A DNA stretch of 64,000 bases, taken from NCBI GenBank assembly GCA_038215405.1, contig JBBQQX010000002.1, positions 22,094 to 86,093 of the forward strand, written 5' to 3'. Origin of the DNA: Burkholderiales bacterium. GTDB taxonomy: Bacteria; Pseudomonadota; Gammaproteobacteria; Burkholderiales; Burkholderiaceae_C. The notes under the pieces are model-generated. The model searched no databases. It worked only from the letters and a program-made list of their open reading frames with translations, and had not been told where the DNA came from. The translations under genes and the position numbers were made by a program. Every line of letters starts with the position of its first letter. The stretch's first letter is position 1. Below are positions 20,428 through 29,886 of the stretch, one piece after another.

Positions 20428-20620
20428 GGTGGGAAATCTGAGCTCATCTTTGCGCTGACCTCAAAGTGGCAGTATCTTATGAACCAGTCGCTCGGGTCAA
20501 TCGCCAAGGCGCGCTCAAACCCGGACAGCAAAGCGCGCAGCCGACGCGTGGGTGATCAGTCTCGCGTTGCCATTGCGGCCACTTTGAGGCAGCGCACCAT
20601 CCAGAAACAGATTTCCCACC
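20428..20620. repeat. 193-nt long-stem inverted-repeat element (MITE-like or structured RNA)
   Basis: GGTGGGAAATCTG (20428-40) is perfectly complementary to CAGATTTCCCACC (20608-20). GCGCTGACCTCAAAGTGGC (20452-70) pairs with GCCACTTTGAGGCAGCGC (20578-95). An inner GCGCGCT/AGCGCGC stem is present. Confidence 0.6.
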
Positions 20621-20652
20621 ATCAAAGTGTTGGCCAAATGTGGCTGTTAGCT

Positions 20653-20684
20653 CCCCTTTCCGCCCCGGCGGGGGTGGAAAGGGG
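20653..20684. repeat. GC-rich REP-like hairpin (copy 2)
   Basis: CCCCTTTCCGCCCC, loop GGC, GGGGGTGGAAAGGGG. Same type as copy 1. Followed by GGGGGGGATAGGGGGGGATA. Confidence 0.7.
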
Positions 20685-20753
20685 CGGGGGGGATAGGGGG
20701 GGGATACCACGCAAAAAAAATACAACCGCTGCAGAAATCCGGGCGTCTAAATC

Positions 20754-21782
20754 ATGACCAGAGCAACGCACATAGCAACCTGGCAACAGCGCCTGACCCG
20801 CGCCTGGACACACCGCGGCCTGCTGGCCTGGCTGTTGTGGCCGATCTCGCTGCTGTATGGCGTGCTGGTCAAGTTACGGCGCAGTCTGTACCGGCTCGGC
20901 ATCTTCAAATCAGAAGGCGTTGCGGTCCCTGTGATCGTGGTCGGCAACGTGGTGGCGGGCGGCGCGGGCAAGACACCAGTGGTCATGCTGCTGGTGCGGC
21001 ACTTGCAAGCGCGTGGCCTGCAAGTGGGCGTGATCTCGCGCGGCTACGGTCGCCAGACCAACGACTGCCGCGAAGTGTGTGCTAACAGCGCCGTGGCCGA
21101 CGTCGGCGATGAACCGGCCCTGATCCGGCGCAGCACCGGTGCGCCGGTGTTTGTGGCGCGTTTGCGGGTAGACGCCGCCCGCGCGCTGCTGGCGCGCTAC
21201 CCGCAAACGCAAATCATCGTCTGCGACGACGGCCTGCAGCACCTGGGCTTGCAGCGTGACCTGGAAATTTGCGTTTTTGACAGGCGCGGCGTGGGCAACG
21301 GTTTTTTGCTGCCCGCCGGTCCCTTGCGCGAACCCTGGCCGCGCGCCGTGGACCTGGTGCTGCACACCGGCACGCCGCCCGCCTTTGCCGGTTTCTCGGC
21401 TCAGCGCACGCTCAGCCGCCATGCCTTGATGCAGGATGGCAGCCAGCGGCCACTCGGTGATCTGGCCGGCCCGGCCGGTCTGTGCCGAAAGCCGCTGCTG
21501 GCGCTGGCCGCCATTGCCAAGCCAGACGATTTTTTTGACATGCTGCGCGCCCAGGGCCTGAGCCTGGCACGCACCCTCGCGCTGCCAGATCACTACGACT
21601 TCAATAGCTGGTCGCGCAATGACTACGAGGGCTACACGCTGATTTGCACCGAAAAGGACGCGCTCAAGCTGTGGCCACTGGAACCTGATGCCTTAGCGGT
21701 GCCGCTGATCCTCACGCCAGAGCCGGCCTTTCTGACGCAGCTTGATGCCCGCCTCGACCGCTTGCTGGCGATCCACCCTTGA
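20754..21782 (+). CDS. lpxK: Tetraacyldisaccharide 4'-kinase
   Basis: 342 aa. [17 protein letters not shown]-loop, ISRGYGR, CDDGLQH, TEKDA motifs. Confidence 0.9.
   Translation: MTRATHIATWQQRLTRAWTHRGLLAWLLWPISLLYGVLVKLRRSLYRLGIFKSEGVAVPVIVVGNVVAGGAGKTPVVMLLVRHLQARGLQVGVISRGYGRQTNDCREVCANSAVADVGDEPALIRRSTGAPVFVARLRVDAARALLARYPQTQIIVCDDGLQHLGLQRDLEICVFDRRGVGNGFLLPAGPLREPWPRAVDLVLHTGTPPAFAGFSAQRTLSRHALMQDGSQRPLGDLAGPAGLCRKPLLALAAIAKPDDFFDMLRAQGLSLARTLALPDHYDFNSWSRNDYEGYTLICTEKDALKLWPLEPDALAVPLILTPEPAFLTQLDARLDRLLAIHP
21593..21648 (+). repeat. Element A-like copy inside lpxK (in frame)
   Basis: TTCAATAGCTGGTCGCGCAATGACTACGAGGGCTACACGCTGATTTGC. About 30 of 42 positions match the copy at 35322-35383. 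Confidence 0.5.
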
Positions 21783-21802
21783 GCCAACGCTATCATTGCC
21801 CC

Positions 21803-21985
21803 ATGGACACACGACTACTTGAATTACTGGTTTGCCCCGTCACCAAAGGGCCGCTTGAATACGACCGCGAGAAGCAGGAACTGACCTCCCGCAGCGCGCG
21901 CTTGGCCTACCCGGTGCGCGACGGCATTCCGATCCTGCTGGAGAGCGAAGCCCGCACACTGAGCGACGAGGAACTCGGTCTTTGA
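21803..21985 (+). CDS. Trm112/YcaR-family small protein (UPF0434)
   Basis: [20 protein letters not shown]...[18 protein letters not shown]. Conserved position between lpxK and kdsB. Confidence 0.8.
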   Translation: MDTRLLELLVCPVTKGPLEYDREKQELTSRSARLAYPVRDGIPILLESEARTLSDEELGL

Positions 21986-22749
21986 CCTACACCGTCCTGA
22001 TCCCCGCGCGGCTGGCCTCGACCCGCCTGCCCAACAAACCCCTGGCTGACATCGGCGGCGCGCCGATGGTGGTGCGGGTGGCACAACGTGTGCTGTCCTG
22101 CGACAACCCAGCGGGACGGGTGCGTGTCGTGGTGGCCGGCGACAGCCCGCTGATCATCCAAGCCTGCCAGACGCACGGCATTGAAGCCGTGCTCACCCGC
22201 ACCGACCACCCCTCGGGGAGCGACCGGCTGGCCCAAGCCTGTGATCTGCTCGGTCTGGCCGACGATGGCATTGTGGTCAACGTGCAGGGCGATGAGCCCC
22301 TGATTGACCCGTCGCTGGTCGCCGCCGTTGCCAATTTGCTGCTCAATCAGCCGTTAGCCAGCATGAGCACTGCAGCTCACGCTATAAGTAGTGAAGCAGA
22401 GTTCAACAACCGCAACGTCGTGAAGGTGGTGCTCGACGCGCAGCAACTGGCGCTGTATTTCAGCCGGGCCCCGATTCCGTGCTGGCGCGACCAGCCCCTG
22501 GGCGACAACGCTGCCCTGCCCAGCCCGGCGCCGCTGCGCCACATTGGCCTCTATGCCTACCGGGTCGGCTTCTTGCGCCGCTTCCCGACGCTGACACAGG
22601 CGCCGCTCGAAATCACGGAATCGCTGGAGCAGTTGCGTGCCCTGTGGCACGGGCACCGGATTGCCGTCCATATCGCAACCCACGCGCCCGGCCCGGGCGT
22701 GGATACGCCCGAAGACCTGGAGCGCGTGCGGCGCTTGTTTGGCGCTTGA
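21982..22749 (+). CDS. kdsB: 3-deoxy-manno-octulosonate cytidylyltransferase
   Basis: 255 aa. [33 protein letters not shown] start overlaps the upstream stop. Confidence 0.9.
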   Translation: MTYTVLIPARLASTRLPNKPLADIGGAPMVVRVAQRVLSCDNPAGRVRVVVAGDSPLIIQACQTHGIEAVLTRTDHPSGSDRLAQACDLLGLADDGIVVNVQGDEPLIDPSLVAAVANLLLNQPLASMSTAAHAISSEAEFNNRNVVKVVLDAQQLALYFSRAPIPCWRDQPLGDNAALPSPAPLRHIGLYAYRVGFLRRFPTLTQAPLEITESLEQLRALWHGHRIAVHIATHAPGPGVDTPEDLERVRRLFGA

Positions 22750-22843
22750 TCGGCGTCAGTTTGAGCGCGCTTGACGCGTGCTATTCTTGAGCCCAAACGA
22801 GACAGCCCGGTTCACTAGAGAACCAACCGGGTTGATCAACTGA

Positions 22844-23524
<681 letters not shown>

Positions 23525-23548
23525 AACTGCTGCGGCGCACGGATAAGG

Positions 23549-23581
23549 CCTGATGCCCCAGGGGGTGTCGGGCTTTTTTTA
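23549..23581 (+). terminator. Terminator-like GC hairpin plus T-run after adk
   Basis: GATGCCCC / GGGGTGTC stem (with G-U pairs) followed by GGGC and TTTTTTT (23574-80). Sits between convergent genes. Confidence 0.45.
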
Positions 23582-23626
23582 TGGCTGGCGTGCAGGCGGC
23601 TCAAAGCAGATGCCTACCCCGGACCA

Positions 23627-24340
23627 TCAGATCGCTGAATGCAGGTAATTGACCATGGTAATGAAATCAAAGACCGGCAGACCGCATTGGCGTCGAATCG
23701 CTGCCGAATAAGGTGGCAGGTCCGTGCATTCAAGAACGAAGGCCCGAATGCCAGGATGCGCATCGAGCGCTTGAAGCGCCGTGCCCAAGACTTCCTGCTC
23801 GATCACAGCGAGATCGACGGCCTCATCGGGTTGGGCGAACATCCGGTTCCATTGGGTGCACTGCTCCAGGCCGATGATGTGCAAGCCATCCGAGCTGGCG
23901 ATGCCAACCGACTTCAGGTGCTCGGGACCAAGCGCGCTCGCGTTGGCCGTGATGATGCAGATTTCACTTCCCGGGCCGTGAATTTGCTGGACAAAAGGCA
24001 CTTGCAGAAGGCTGGACGTGAACACGGGCACGCCCACAGCACTGGCCAGTTCCCGCTGAAAGATGGCATTGAATCCGCAACTCGTCGTGATGGCCTTGGT
24101 GCCCTGCGACACCAGCACCCGGGCATCGGCGATCATCGTGCGCAGAACGGCTTGATCCGGCTTTTCAAGAATCGTGTGGGCGTTGGCGCCGGCCACGCGA
24201 TGGAACCTGACCTCGTAGTCATACGATGCTGGGTTGGTGCTGTTGCCAGGCAGGGTCTCCAGTTGCAGCAGGCCCTGAGGCACCTGCCCCGCTTCCCAGC
24301 ACAAGATCGCGATTTTTGCCGCTTCGGTTTCAACCGTCAT
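23627..24340 (-). CDS. Asp/Glu/hydantoin racemase-superfamily protein (two-Cys; maleate isomerase/arylmalonate decarboxylase-like)
   Basis: Candidate catalytic Cys motifs TTSCGF and LECTDLPPY. Start at MTVETE (24340) is preferred over 24367. Confidence 0.6.
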   Translation of the reverse strand: MTVETEAAKIAILCWEAGQVPQGLLQLETLPGNSTNPASYDYEVRFHRVAGANAHTILEKPDQAVLRTMIADARVLVSQGTKAITTSCGFNAIFQRELASAVGVPVFTSSLLQVPFVQQIHGPGSEICIITANASALGPEHLKSVGIASSDGLHIIGLEQCTQWNRMFAQPDEAVDLAVIEQEVLGTALQALDAHPGIRAFVLECTDLPPYSAAIRRQCGLPVFDFITMVNYLHSAI

Positions 24341-24370
24341 GATTTTCTCGCGCGCGTGTGCGTCCAACTT

Positions 24371-25648
24371 TTAGAACCTGGCGATTCGATAAGGCGACAG
24401 ATCGAATGGATCGGCATCACCATTGACCAGGCCGGCAATCAATTGGGCCGTGATCGCGGCCAGCGTCAGCCCCAGATGGCCATGGCCAAAAGCATAGAAC
24501 ACGTTCGGGCAGCGGGGTGAGCGCCCGATCACGGGCAAAGAGTCCGGCGTTGAGGGGCGATAGCCCATCCATTCACGCTGGATCGCCTGTTCGGCCAGAC
24601 CCGGCAACACGCTGCGGGCAAAGGGCGCCATGGCGCGAATACGTCGGTAGTCTGGCGGCGCGCTCAAACCCGCCAACTCATCGCCACTGACCAGAGAAAT
24701 ACCGTCGTGCATCGGCGACAACACACAATGCCTTTCAGGAAAGCCGACCGGGCGACGCAGCAACTCGCCCCCCGTTGACGCAAATGAAATATGGTAGCCA
24801 CGCTCGGTGTCAAGGCTGACCTTGTCGCCAATCTGCAATGCGAACTTTTTTGACCAGGCGCCCGCCGCGATCACCACAGCATCAAACTGCCGTGTGGCTT
24901 GATCCGTCCTGATCGAGACGCCCCCATTTTCGGTCGGCCTGACTTCCAGGACGCTCTCCTGAATGTACTGCGCCTGCCGTTGCCGCGCGCCCTCAAAGTA
25001 GGCTTGTGTCAACGCCGTGGGATAGTTGACGAAGCCGCTGTCGGGCTGGAACACGCCGCGCGTGTAGGCGTCCCGGTTGAGTTGCGGTTCAAGATCGGCC
25101 ACTTCAGCGGCGGTGAGGATCGAGAAATTGACACCATGGCGCGTCATCAATTCGCGCTCGAGTACGGTTTCTGCAAACCCGGCATCTGATTTGTACACTT
25201 TCAACCAGCCCACCGGCCGGATGAGCTCGCGGGCAGCACTCAGATCGGCCAAGGCAAGGTGCGCTTGCATGGATTTGGAGACAAGGGGATCAAGCGCCTG
25301 GGCGATGTTTGACACCCGCGCCGGGCGACCTGCTTCGATGAAGCGCAGCAGCCACGGAAGCACCTTAAGAAAATAGGCCGGGCGCAACACAGCTGCGCCA
25401 TTCGGGTCAAAAATATACGACGGAATGGACCGTAGCACCCCGGGCGTGGCCGTTGGCGTCACCGCGCCGGTGACAATGCCGCCGGCGTTGCCCGAACTCG
25501 TTCCAGCCCCGACTTCTCCATGGTCAATCACGGTAACCAGGTACCCCTGTGCGGCGAGTGCCAGGGCGGTCGCTGCGCCGACAACGCCGGCCCCGACGAT
25601 GGCCACGGTACGTGCGCTCGGTGTTTCATTTTTACTCACGCGGGTCAT
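24371..25648 (-). CDS. FAD-dependent oxidoreductase, D-amino-acid dehydrogenase (DadA/DAO)-like
   Basis: 425 aa. N-terminal VAIVGAGVVGAATALALA dinucleotide fold; GHGHLGLTLA near the C-terminus as in DadA. Confidence 0.8.
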   Translation of the reverse strand: MTRVSKNETPSARTVAIVGAGVVGAATALALAAQGYLVTVIDHGEVGAGTSSGNAGGIVTGAVTPTATPGVLRSIPSYIFDPNGAAVLRPAYFLKVLPWLLRFIEAGRPARVSNIAQALDPLVSKSMQAHLALADLSAARELIRPVGWLKVYKSDAGFAETVLERELMTRHGVNFSILTAAEVADLEPQLNRDAYTRGVFQPDSGFVNYPTALTQAYFEGARQRQAQYIQESVLEVRPTENGGVSIRTDQATRQFDAVVIAAGAWSKKFALQIGDKVSLDTERGYHISFASTGGELLRRPVGFPERHCVLSPMHDGISLVSGDELAGLSAPPDYRRIRAMAPFARSVLPGLAEQAIQREWMGYRPSTPDSLPVIGRSPRCPNVFYAFGHGHLGLTLAAITAQLIAGLVNGDADPFDLSPYRIARF

Positions 25649-25691
25649 GAAGAATCTTTCTATTAACTATGCAATGGGGCGAAACGGCCGG

Positions 25692-26417
25692 CTAGTGGTG
25701 AAGAATCTTCCCGAGGAATTCACGTGTTCGCTCATTCTTCGGCGCTGTAAAGAAGGTTTCAGGCGTCTCCACTTCAACAATGACCCCCTTGTCGATAAAC
25801 ACCACCCGATCGGCGACCTTGCGGGCAAAGCCCATTTCATGGGTCACCACAATCATCGTCATGCCGTCCTTGGCCAGAGACACCATCACATCCAAGACCT
25901 CGTTGATCATTTCGGGGTCCAGCGCAGAGGTCGGCTCATCAAACAGCATGACCTTGGGTTGCATGCACAGACTGCGGGCGATGGCAACACGCTGTTGCTG
26001 CCCGCCTGACAACTGTTGGGGGTAGGAATCAAATTTATCAGCCAAACCCACCTTTTCCAACATGGCCCGGCCCCGGCTGATGGCTTCTTTTTTTGGCAGC
26101 TTGCGCACATGAATCGGCGCCAGCGTGACGTTTTCAAGCGCCGTCTTGTGGGGGTACAGATTGAATTGCTGAAAGACGAAGCCAAGCTCCATCCGCAGTT
26201 GTCTGAGATTGGCCTCGACGGCGACCGGCAGGCCATCGACGATCAAAGTGCCGCTTTGAAACTTTTCAAGACCATTGACACAGCGGATCAGTGTGCTTTT
26301 GCCAGAGCCACTGGGCCCGCACACGACCACTACCTCTCCTTTGGCAATCTCAAGATTGATGTTTTGCAGCACATGATGCGTGCCATACCATTTGTTGAGC
26401 TCGTTGAATTTGATCAT
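25692..26417 (-). CDS. Polar amino-acid ABC transporter ATP-binding protein
   Basis: 241 aa. Walker [10 protein letters not shown], signature [13 protein letters not shown], Walker [12 protein letters not shown]. Confidence 0.9.
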   Translation of the reverse strand: MIKFNELNKWYGTHHVLQNINLEIAKGEVVVVCGPSGSGKSTLIRCVNGLEKFQSGTLIVDGLPVAVEANLRQLRMELGFVFQQFNLYPHKTALENVTLAPIHVRKLPKKEAISRGRAMLEKVGLADKFDSYPQQLSGGQQQRVAIARSLCMQPKVMLFDEPTSALDPEMINEVLDVMVSLAKDGMTMIVVTHEMGFARKVADRVVFIDKGVIVEVETPETFFTAPKNERTREFLGKILHH

Positions 26418-26489
26418 TTGCGCTTGTTCCTCGTCATCTTCGCTGTCGCGGTCGCCGGGTCTTATGGGTCTTGAAGGGGTGCTGAAGGG

Positions 26490-27140
26490 TCAAGGCTTTT
26501 CCATTCGCCGCGACAAATGAAGCAGCGGATAACAGATCAGGAAATACCCAATGCCCACAACAGAGAAAACCAGCAGTCCATTCGGGACGCTTTGGACAAT
26601 GATCCAACCCGAGCGCGTCAGGTCGAGAAGCCCGATGGCTGACACCACCGAAGAATCTTTGACCAGCAGGACGAATTGCCCGACCAGAGAAGGAACAATC
26701 ATTCGGGTGGCTTGCGGCAGCACGACCAGCCTGAGCTGCTGCAAGCGCGTGAGGCCGGCTGACGCGGCGGCCTCGACCTGGCCGATGGGCACGGCCTTGA
26801 TCCCGGAGGCCACGATTTCGGAGATGAAGCAGGCCGCTATATTGGACAGCGCCAGGGCGCCGGCGGTGAATGAGTCAAGCTCGACACCCGCTTCAGGCAG
26901 TATGAAGAAGACGACAAAGACTTGAACCAGCACCGGTGTGCCGCGAAAGACATCGGTGTAGGCGCCGATGACAAGGGAGAGCATCTTGTTGGAACTGGCG
27001 CGTCCGATGCCCAGCACAAAGCCGACCATCGTCCCCGCGACAATGCCGATGACCGACAGTGCCAGGGTCACGCCAATGCCCTTCATCAGCACCGGATAGT
27101 ATTGGGCAATGCCTTGTATTTGCTCTAGGAACAGCGTCAT
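26490..27140 (-). CDS. Amino-acid ABC transporter permease
   Basis: Begins MTLFLEQIQGIAQYYPVLMKGIGVTL (ATG at 27140). The 96 codons upstream in ORF 26490..27428 overlap the neighbouring permease and are not coding. Confidence 0.85.
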   Translation of the reverse strand: MTLFLEQIQGIAQYYPVLMKGIGVTLALSVIGIVAGTMVGFVLGIGRASSNKMLSLVIGAYTDVFRGTPVLVQVFVVFFILPEAGVELDSFTAGALALSNIAACFISEIVASGIKAVPIGQVEAAASAGLTRLQQLRLVVLPQATRMIVPSLVGQFVLLVKDSSVVSAIGLLDLTRSGWIIVQSVPNGLLVFSVVGIGYFLICYPLLHLSRRMEKP

Positions 27141-27151
27141 GTCGTGGCCCT

Positions 27152-27820
27152 TCAGTGGCGTCCAGAGGGTTGATTGATGCGCATCCAGGCGGCTGCCATC
27201 AACTTCAATCCAAAGTAGATGATCAGGTAGCCCACCGCCGTGGTCGCCAAGCCTTCGACTGGCATGAAGCGGTCGTTGGCCAGGGTTTGCCCGGCACGCG
27301 TGAGTTCCAGGACCGAAATGAGCGACAGCAACGAGGAGTCCTTGACCAGCACAATGGCCTGCCCGATCAGCGGCGATACCATCGGGCGCAGCGCTTGCGG
27401 GAGAATGATGAGGCGCATTTGCTGCCAATAGTTCATGCCCGAACTGGCGCTCGCTTCAACCTGCCCCCGAGGAATCGACATGATTCCGGAGCGGATGATT
27501 TCGCTGACGTAGGCGCCGCTGTTGAGCGAAAGCGCGATGATGCCAATCACGGTTTCGGGCATGAGAAGGCCGAAACTTGGCAAGCCGAAATACAGAAAAT
27601 AGAGTTGGGCCAGCAAGGGTGTTGCCCGTATCACATCCACATACGCAACCGCTGGCGCCCGAAGCAGGCGGGACGGCTGGATGCTCATCGCACAAGCGAT
27701 GATGCCGATCACGAGGGCACCGGCAAACGCCGTCAATGAAATCGACAAGGTGGCCAGGAAACCCAGCCAAAAATCAGGAAGTGTTTCTCCAATGACCCGA
27801 AAATTCAAATTCAACAACAT
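27152..27820 (-). CDS. Amino-acid ABC transporter permease
   Basis: 222 aa, His/Glu/Gln/Arg-type permease fold (EAS-loop-like VEASASSGM). Confidence 0.85.
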   Translation of the reverse strand: MLLNLNFRVIGETLPDFWLGFLATLSISLTAFAGALVIGIIACAMSIQPSRLLRAPAVAYVDVIRATPLLAQLYFLYFGLPSFGLLMPETVIGIIALSLNSGAYVSEIIRSGIMSIPRGQVEASASSGMNYWQQMRLIILPQALRPMVSPLIGQAIVLVKDSSLLSLISVLELTRAGQTLANDRFMPVEGLATTAVGYLIIYFGLKLMAAAWMRINQPSGRH

Positions 27821-27854
27821 TCAGTGGCCAATGATTAAGGTAGGTGAGACTTGA

Positions 27855-27884
27855 GATTCGGCGCAGTGACAACAGCGCCGAATC
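27855..27884 (-). other. Perfect 10-bp intercistronic hairpin downstream of the binding-protein gene
   Basis: GATTCGGCGC (27855-64) / GCGCCGAATC (27875-84) with a 10-nt loop and no U-run. Probably an mRNA-stabilising or decoupling hairpin. Confidence 0.5.
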
Positions 27885-27902
27885 TACGCTCAGTTCAGAG
27901 GC

Positions 27903-28703
27903 TTAGTGCGCCTCTTTCCATTTCGCCGAGTTGACCCAGTAGTCAAGGTTCTGTTGAAGGCGACCGTCCAGCGTGGTCTGGTCGATGAACAAATTGATCC
28001 AGGTCAGCAGGTCGAGGGAGTCGTAACGGGTGGCATAAGCCAGAGCTTCCTTGGCCAGCAGTTCCGGCATGATTTTGAAGGTTCCCTTGGGATAGCCTGC
28101 CGATTGACCCGCCACGGCGGAGCTGTCGTTGAGCAGGCAGTCTGCTTGTCCATTTTTCACGGCGTCGAGCAGCAAAGTGCCACCGCCCTTGTAGCTCTTG
28201 ATTTCACCTTTTTCAAAGACGGTTTTTGCCAGCTTCTCGCCGGTACTGCCAAATAGAACCGCGATCTTTGTACCGGGCGCCTTGCAGGCTGCCGTGGAGG
28301 TGAATTTACTCCCCGCCTTGGCCGCCACGACCGGGCCGATGTAAATGAAAGGCTTGGTGAAAGCGACCTTGGTCGCACGCGCCAGAGTCGGCGTCATGTC
28401 AGCCGCGAGCAAGTCGGCCTTGCCGGAAATGAGGGCCGGCAACAGGCCATCCCAGTCGAGGTCCAGAAACACCGGCTTGACGCCCATCTCCTTGGCCATC
28501 AATTTGGCAAGCTCCACGGAACTGCCGGTGCGTTCTCCGTTCTTGTCGATCATGGAAAACGGAGGGCCCTGGGTTTGAACCGCGATCCTCAGTTCACCGC
28601 GCTTTTGAATATCCTCAAGGGTGGACGCGTGAGCCATGCTTGCGGCGGCGAAGTAGCCAATGCAGGACAGCAATATCGCGGGCAAAAAATTCAACTTCTT
28701 CAT
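27903..28703 (-). CDS. Amino-acid ABC transporter substrate-binding protein
   Basis: 266 aa with a signal peptide; family-3 SBP features (LRIAVQTQGPPFS, GLLPALISGKADLLAADMT). Confidence 0.85.
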   Translation of the reverse strand: MKKLNFLPAILLSCIGYFAAASMAHASTLEDIQKRGELRIAVQTQGPPFSMIDKNGERTGSSVELAKLMAKEMGVKPVFLDLDWDGLLPALISGKADLLAADMTPTLARATKVAFTKPFIYIGPVVAAKAGSKFTSTAACKAPGTKIAVLFGSTGEKLAKTVFEKGEIKSYKGGGTLLLDAVKNGQADCLLNDSSAVAGQSAGYPKGTFKIMPELLAKEALAYATRYDSLDLLTWINLFIDQTTLDGRLQQNLDYWVNSAKWKEAH

Positions 28704-28761
28704 TTACGTTCTCCTCTAACAATCTCCTTGGAAGACCATCTTCCAAGACAGAAACCAGTCT

Positions 28762-29298
28762 TCAAGCGGTCATCGGCTTAAGGGCGGCAACGCCAGCAGA
28801 GGTGGCGCCATCGACACCGTCCTCCCAGCAACCCCGCGGCAGGTTCACCCATTTGTCATGCGACTTCATCACCACGAACGCTTCGCTTCGGCTGATCACC
28901 CCAGGCGCGGCAACGCGGGGAAGAAGCTCGCTCGTAAAACGGTACAAATCCTGAACATCCCCCGCCACCAGCACCTCCACGATCAAGTCGAATCGACCGG
29001 TCACGATGCTGACGGAAGTCACAAATGGCAAATTGGCAATGTCTTTCATCAGTTCGTCAAGATGCCCCTGCGCGTTGGCATTGATACCCACAATCGCGGC
29101 AATGAGCTCTGGTCTCTCCGACAGGTTCAGCAGCCCGACGATTTTCAGAATGTTCTTGTCAATCAACGTCCGCAAGCGTGTCCGCACCGTGGGCGGGCTG
29201 AGCTGCAATTTCTCGGCCAGCTGATTCACACCGTCCTGCCCGTCACTGGAAAGCAACTTGGCCAGACGGCGATCAGTAGGATCAAGAAGTTCGCGCAT
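28762..29298 (-). CDS. Lrp/AsnC-family transcriptional regulator
   Basis: 178 aa. DPTDRRLAKLL...VNQLAEKLQLSPPTVRTRLRTL HTH, followed by an RAM/ACT-like domain. Confidence 0.85.
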   Translation of the reverse strand: MRELLDPTDRRLAKLLSSDGQDGVNQLAEKLQLSPPTVRTRLRTLIDKNILKIVGLLNLSERPELIAAIVGINANAQGHLDELMKDIANLPFVTSVSIVTGRFDLIVEVLVAGDVQDLYRFTSELLPRVAAPGVISRSEAFVVMKSHDKWVNLPRGCWEDGVDGATSAGVAALKPMTA

Positions 29299-29475
29299 GA
29301 CTTAATTGGAAAATATGTGTTCTATAAATTTTCTTAAATGAAAATAATCGGCGTCTAATAATTCTATCTAGAAATTAATAGCGGCCGCATCAGTGTTTAC
29401 ACCTACGTCAACCCGAAGCGTCGCCGAATCAACATGGCGGCCCATGCCGGCGTTCAATCAACAGTGAGCAGAACC

Positions 29476-29820
29476 TCAAGCAGCGGCAGTGACAACCATC
29501 TCAATTTTCCACCCGGGCTTAGCCAGCGCGGCCTGCACCGTGGCACGCGGTGGTGTCTGGCCGGGCGCGACCCAGGCATCCCAAACCAGGTTCATGCCGG
29601 CAAAGTCAGCCAGGTCGGCCAGAAATATCTGCGTCATCAAGATCCGGCTCTTGTCACTGCCGGCCCGGGCCAGCAAAGCGTCGACCGCGGCAAGAACCTG
29701 CGCCGTTTGACCTTGAATGTCCGCACTGGCGTCATTGGCCACCTGGCCGGCCAGGTAGACCGTGCCGTTGTGAATGGCGATTTCGGACATGCGCGTGCCG
29801 ATTTCCATGCGTTTGATCAT
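29476..29820 (-). CDS. RidA/YjgF-family protein (YoaB-like)
   Basis: MIKRMEIGTRMSEIAIHNGTVYLAGQV...IFLADLADFAGMNLVWDAWV aligns along its full length with E. coli YoaB as I remember it, which fixes the start at 29820. Confidence 0.8.
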   Translation of the reverse strand: MIKRMEIGTRMSEIAIHNGTVYLAGQVANDASADIQGQTAQVLAAVDALLARAGSDKSRILMTQIFLADLADFAGMNLVWDAWVAPGQTPPRATVQAALAKPGWKIEMVVTAAA

Positions 29821-29886
29821 TAATTTACTCCTATCGTTGGTAGCACCAGAACCCAGCGAGTCTATCAATCAGGTCCCGGCCGTCTG

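Noticed and set aside
20428-20620. 6S RNA (ssrS) or another known long-hairpin sRNA
   Set aside because: The size and the long interrupted stem are reminiscent of 6S RNA. However, I could not match the conserved central-bubble features from memory, and the genomic context (exbD-lpxK) is not the usual one. It is left as an unclassified structured element.
20212-20757. 181-aa ORF spanning the exbD-lpxK spacer
   Set aside because: It is composed of repeat-derived low-complexity sequence (PPPLSRPAGRKRG..., GGGDRGGIP...), has no SD and crosses several hairpins.
22346-22395. Additional Element A copy inside kdsB (an AT-rich patch with rare codons, encoding [15 protein letters not shown])
   Set aside because: The peptide aligns residue-for-residue with a native, conserved KdsB segment (E. 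coli ..GMATLAVPIHNAEEAFN..), and the nucleotide match to the element core is poor. It is treated as coincidence or ambiguous.
26490-27428. N-terminal extensions of ORFs 26490..27428, 52457..53395 and 52957..54150
   Set aside because: The extensions overlap the upstream genes in another frame and look like junk. Internal ATGs (27140, 52960, 53550) give proteins of normal family length with 4-nt stop/start overlaps.
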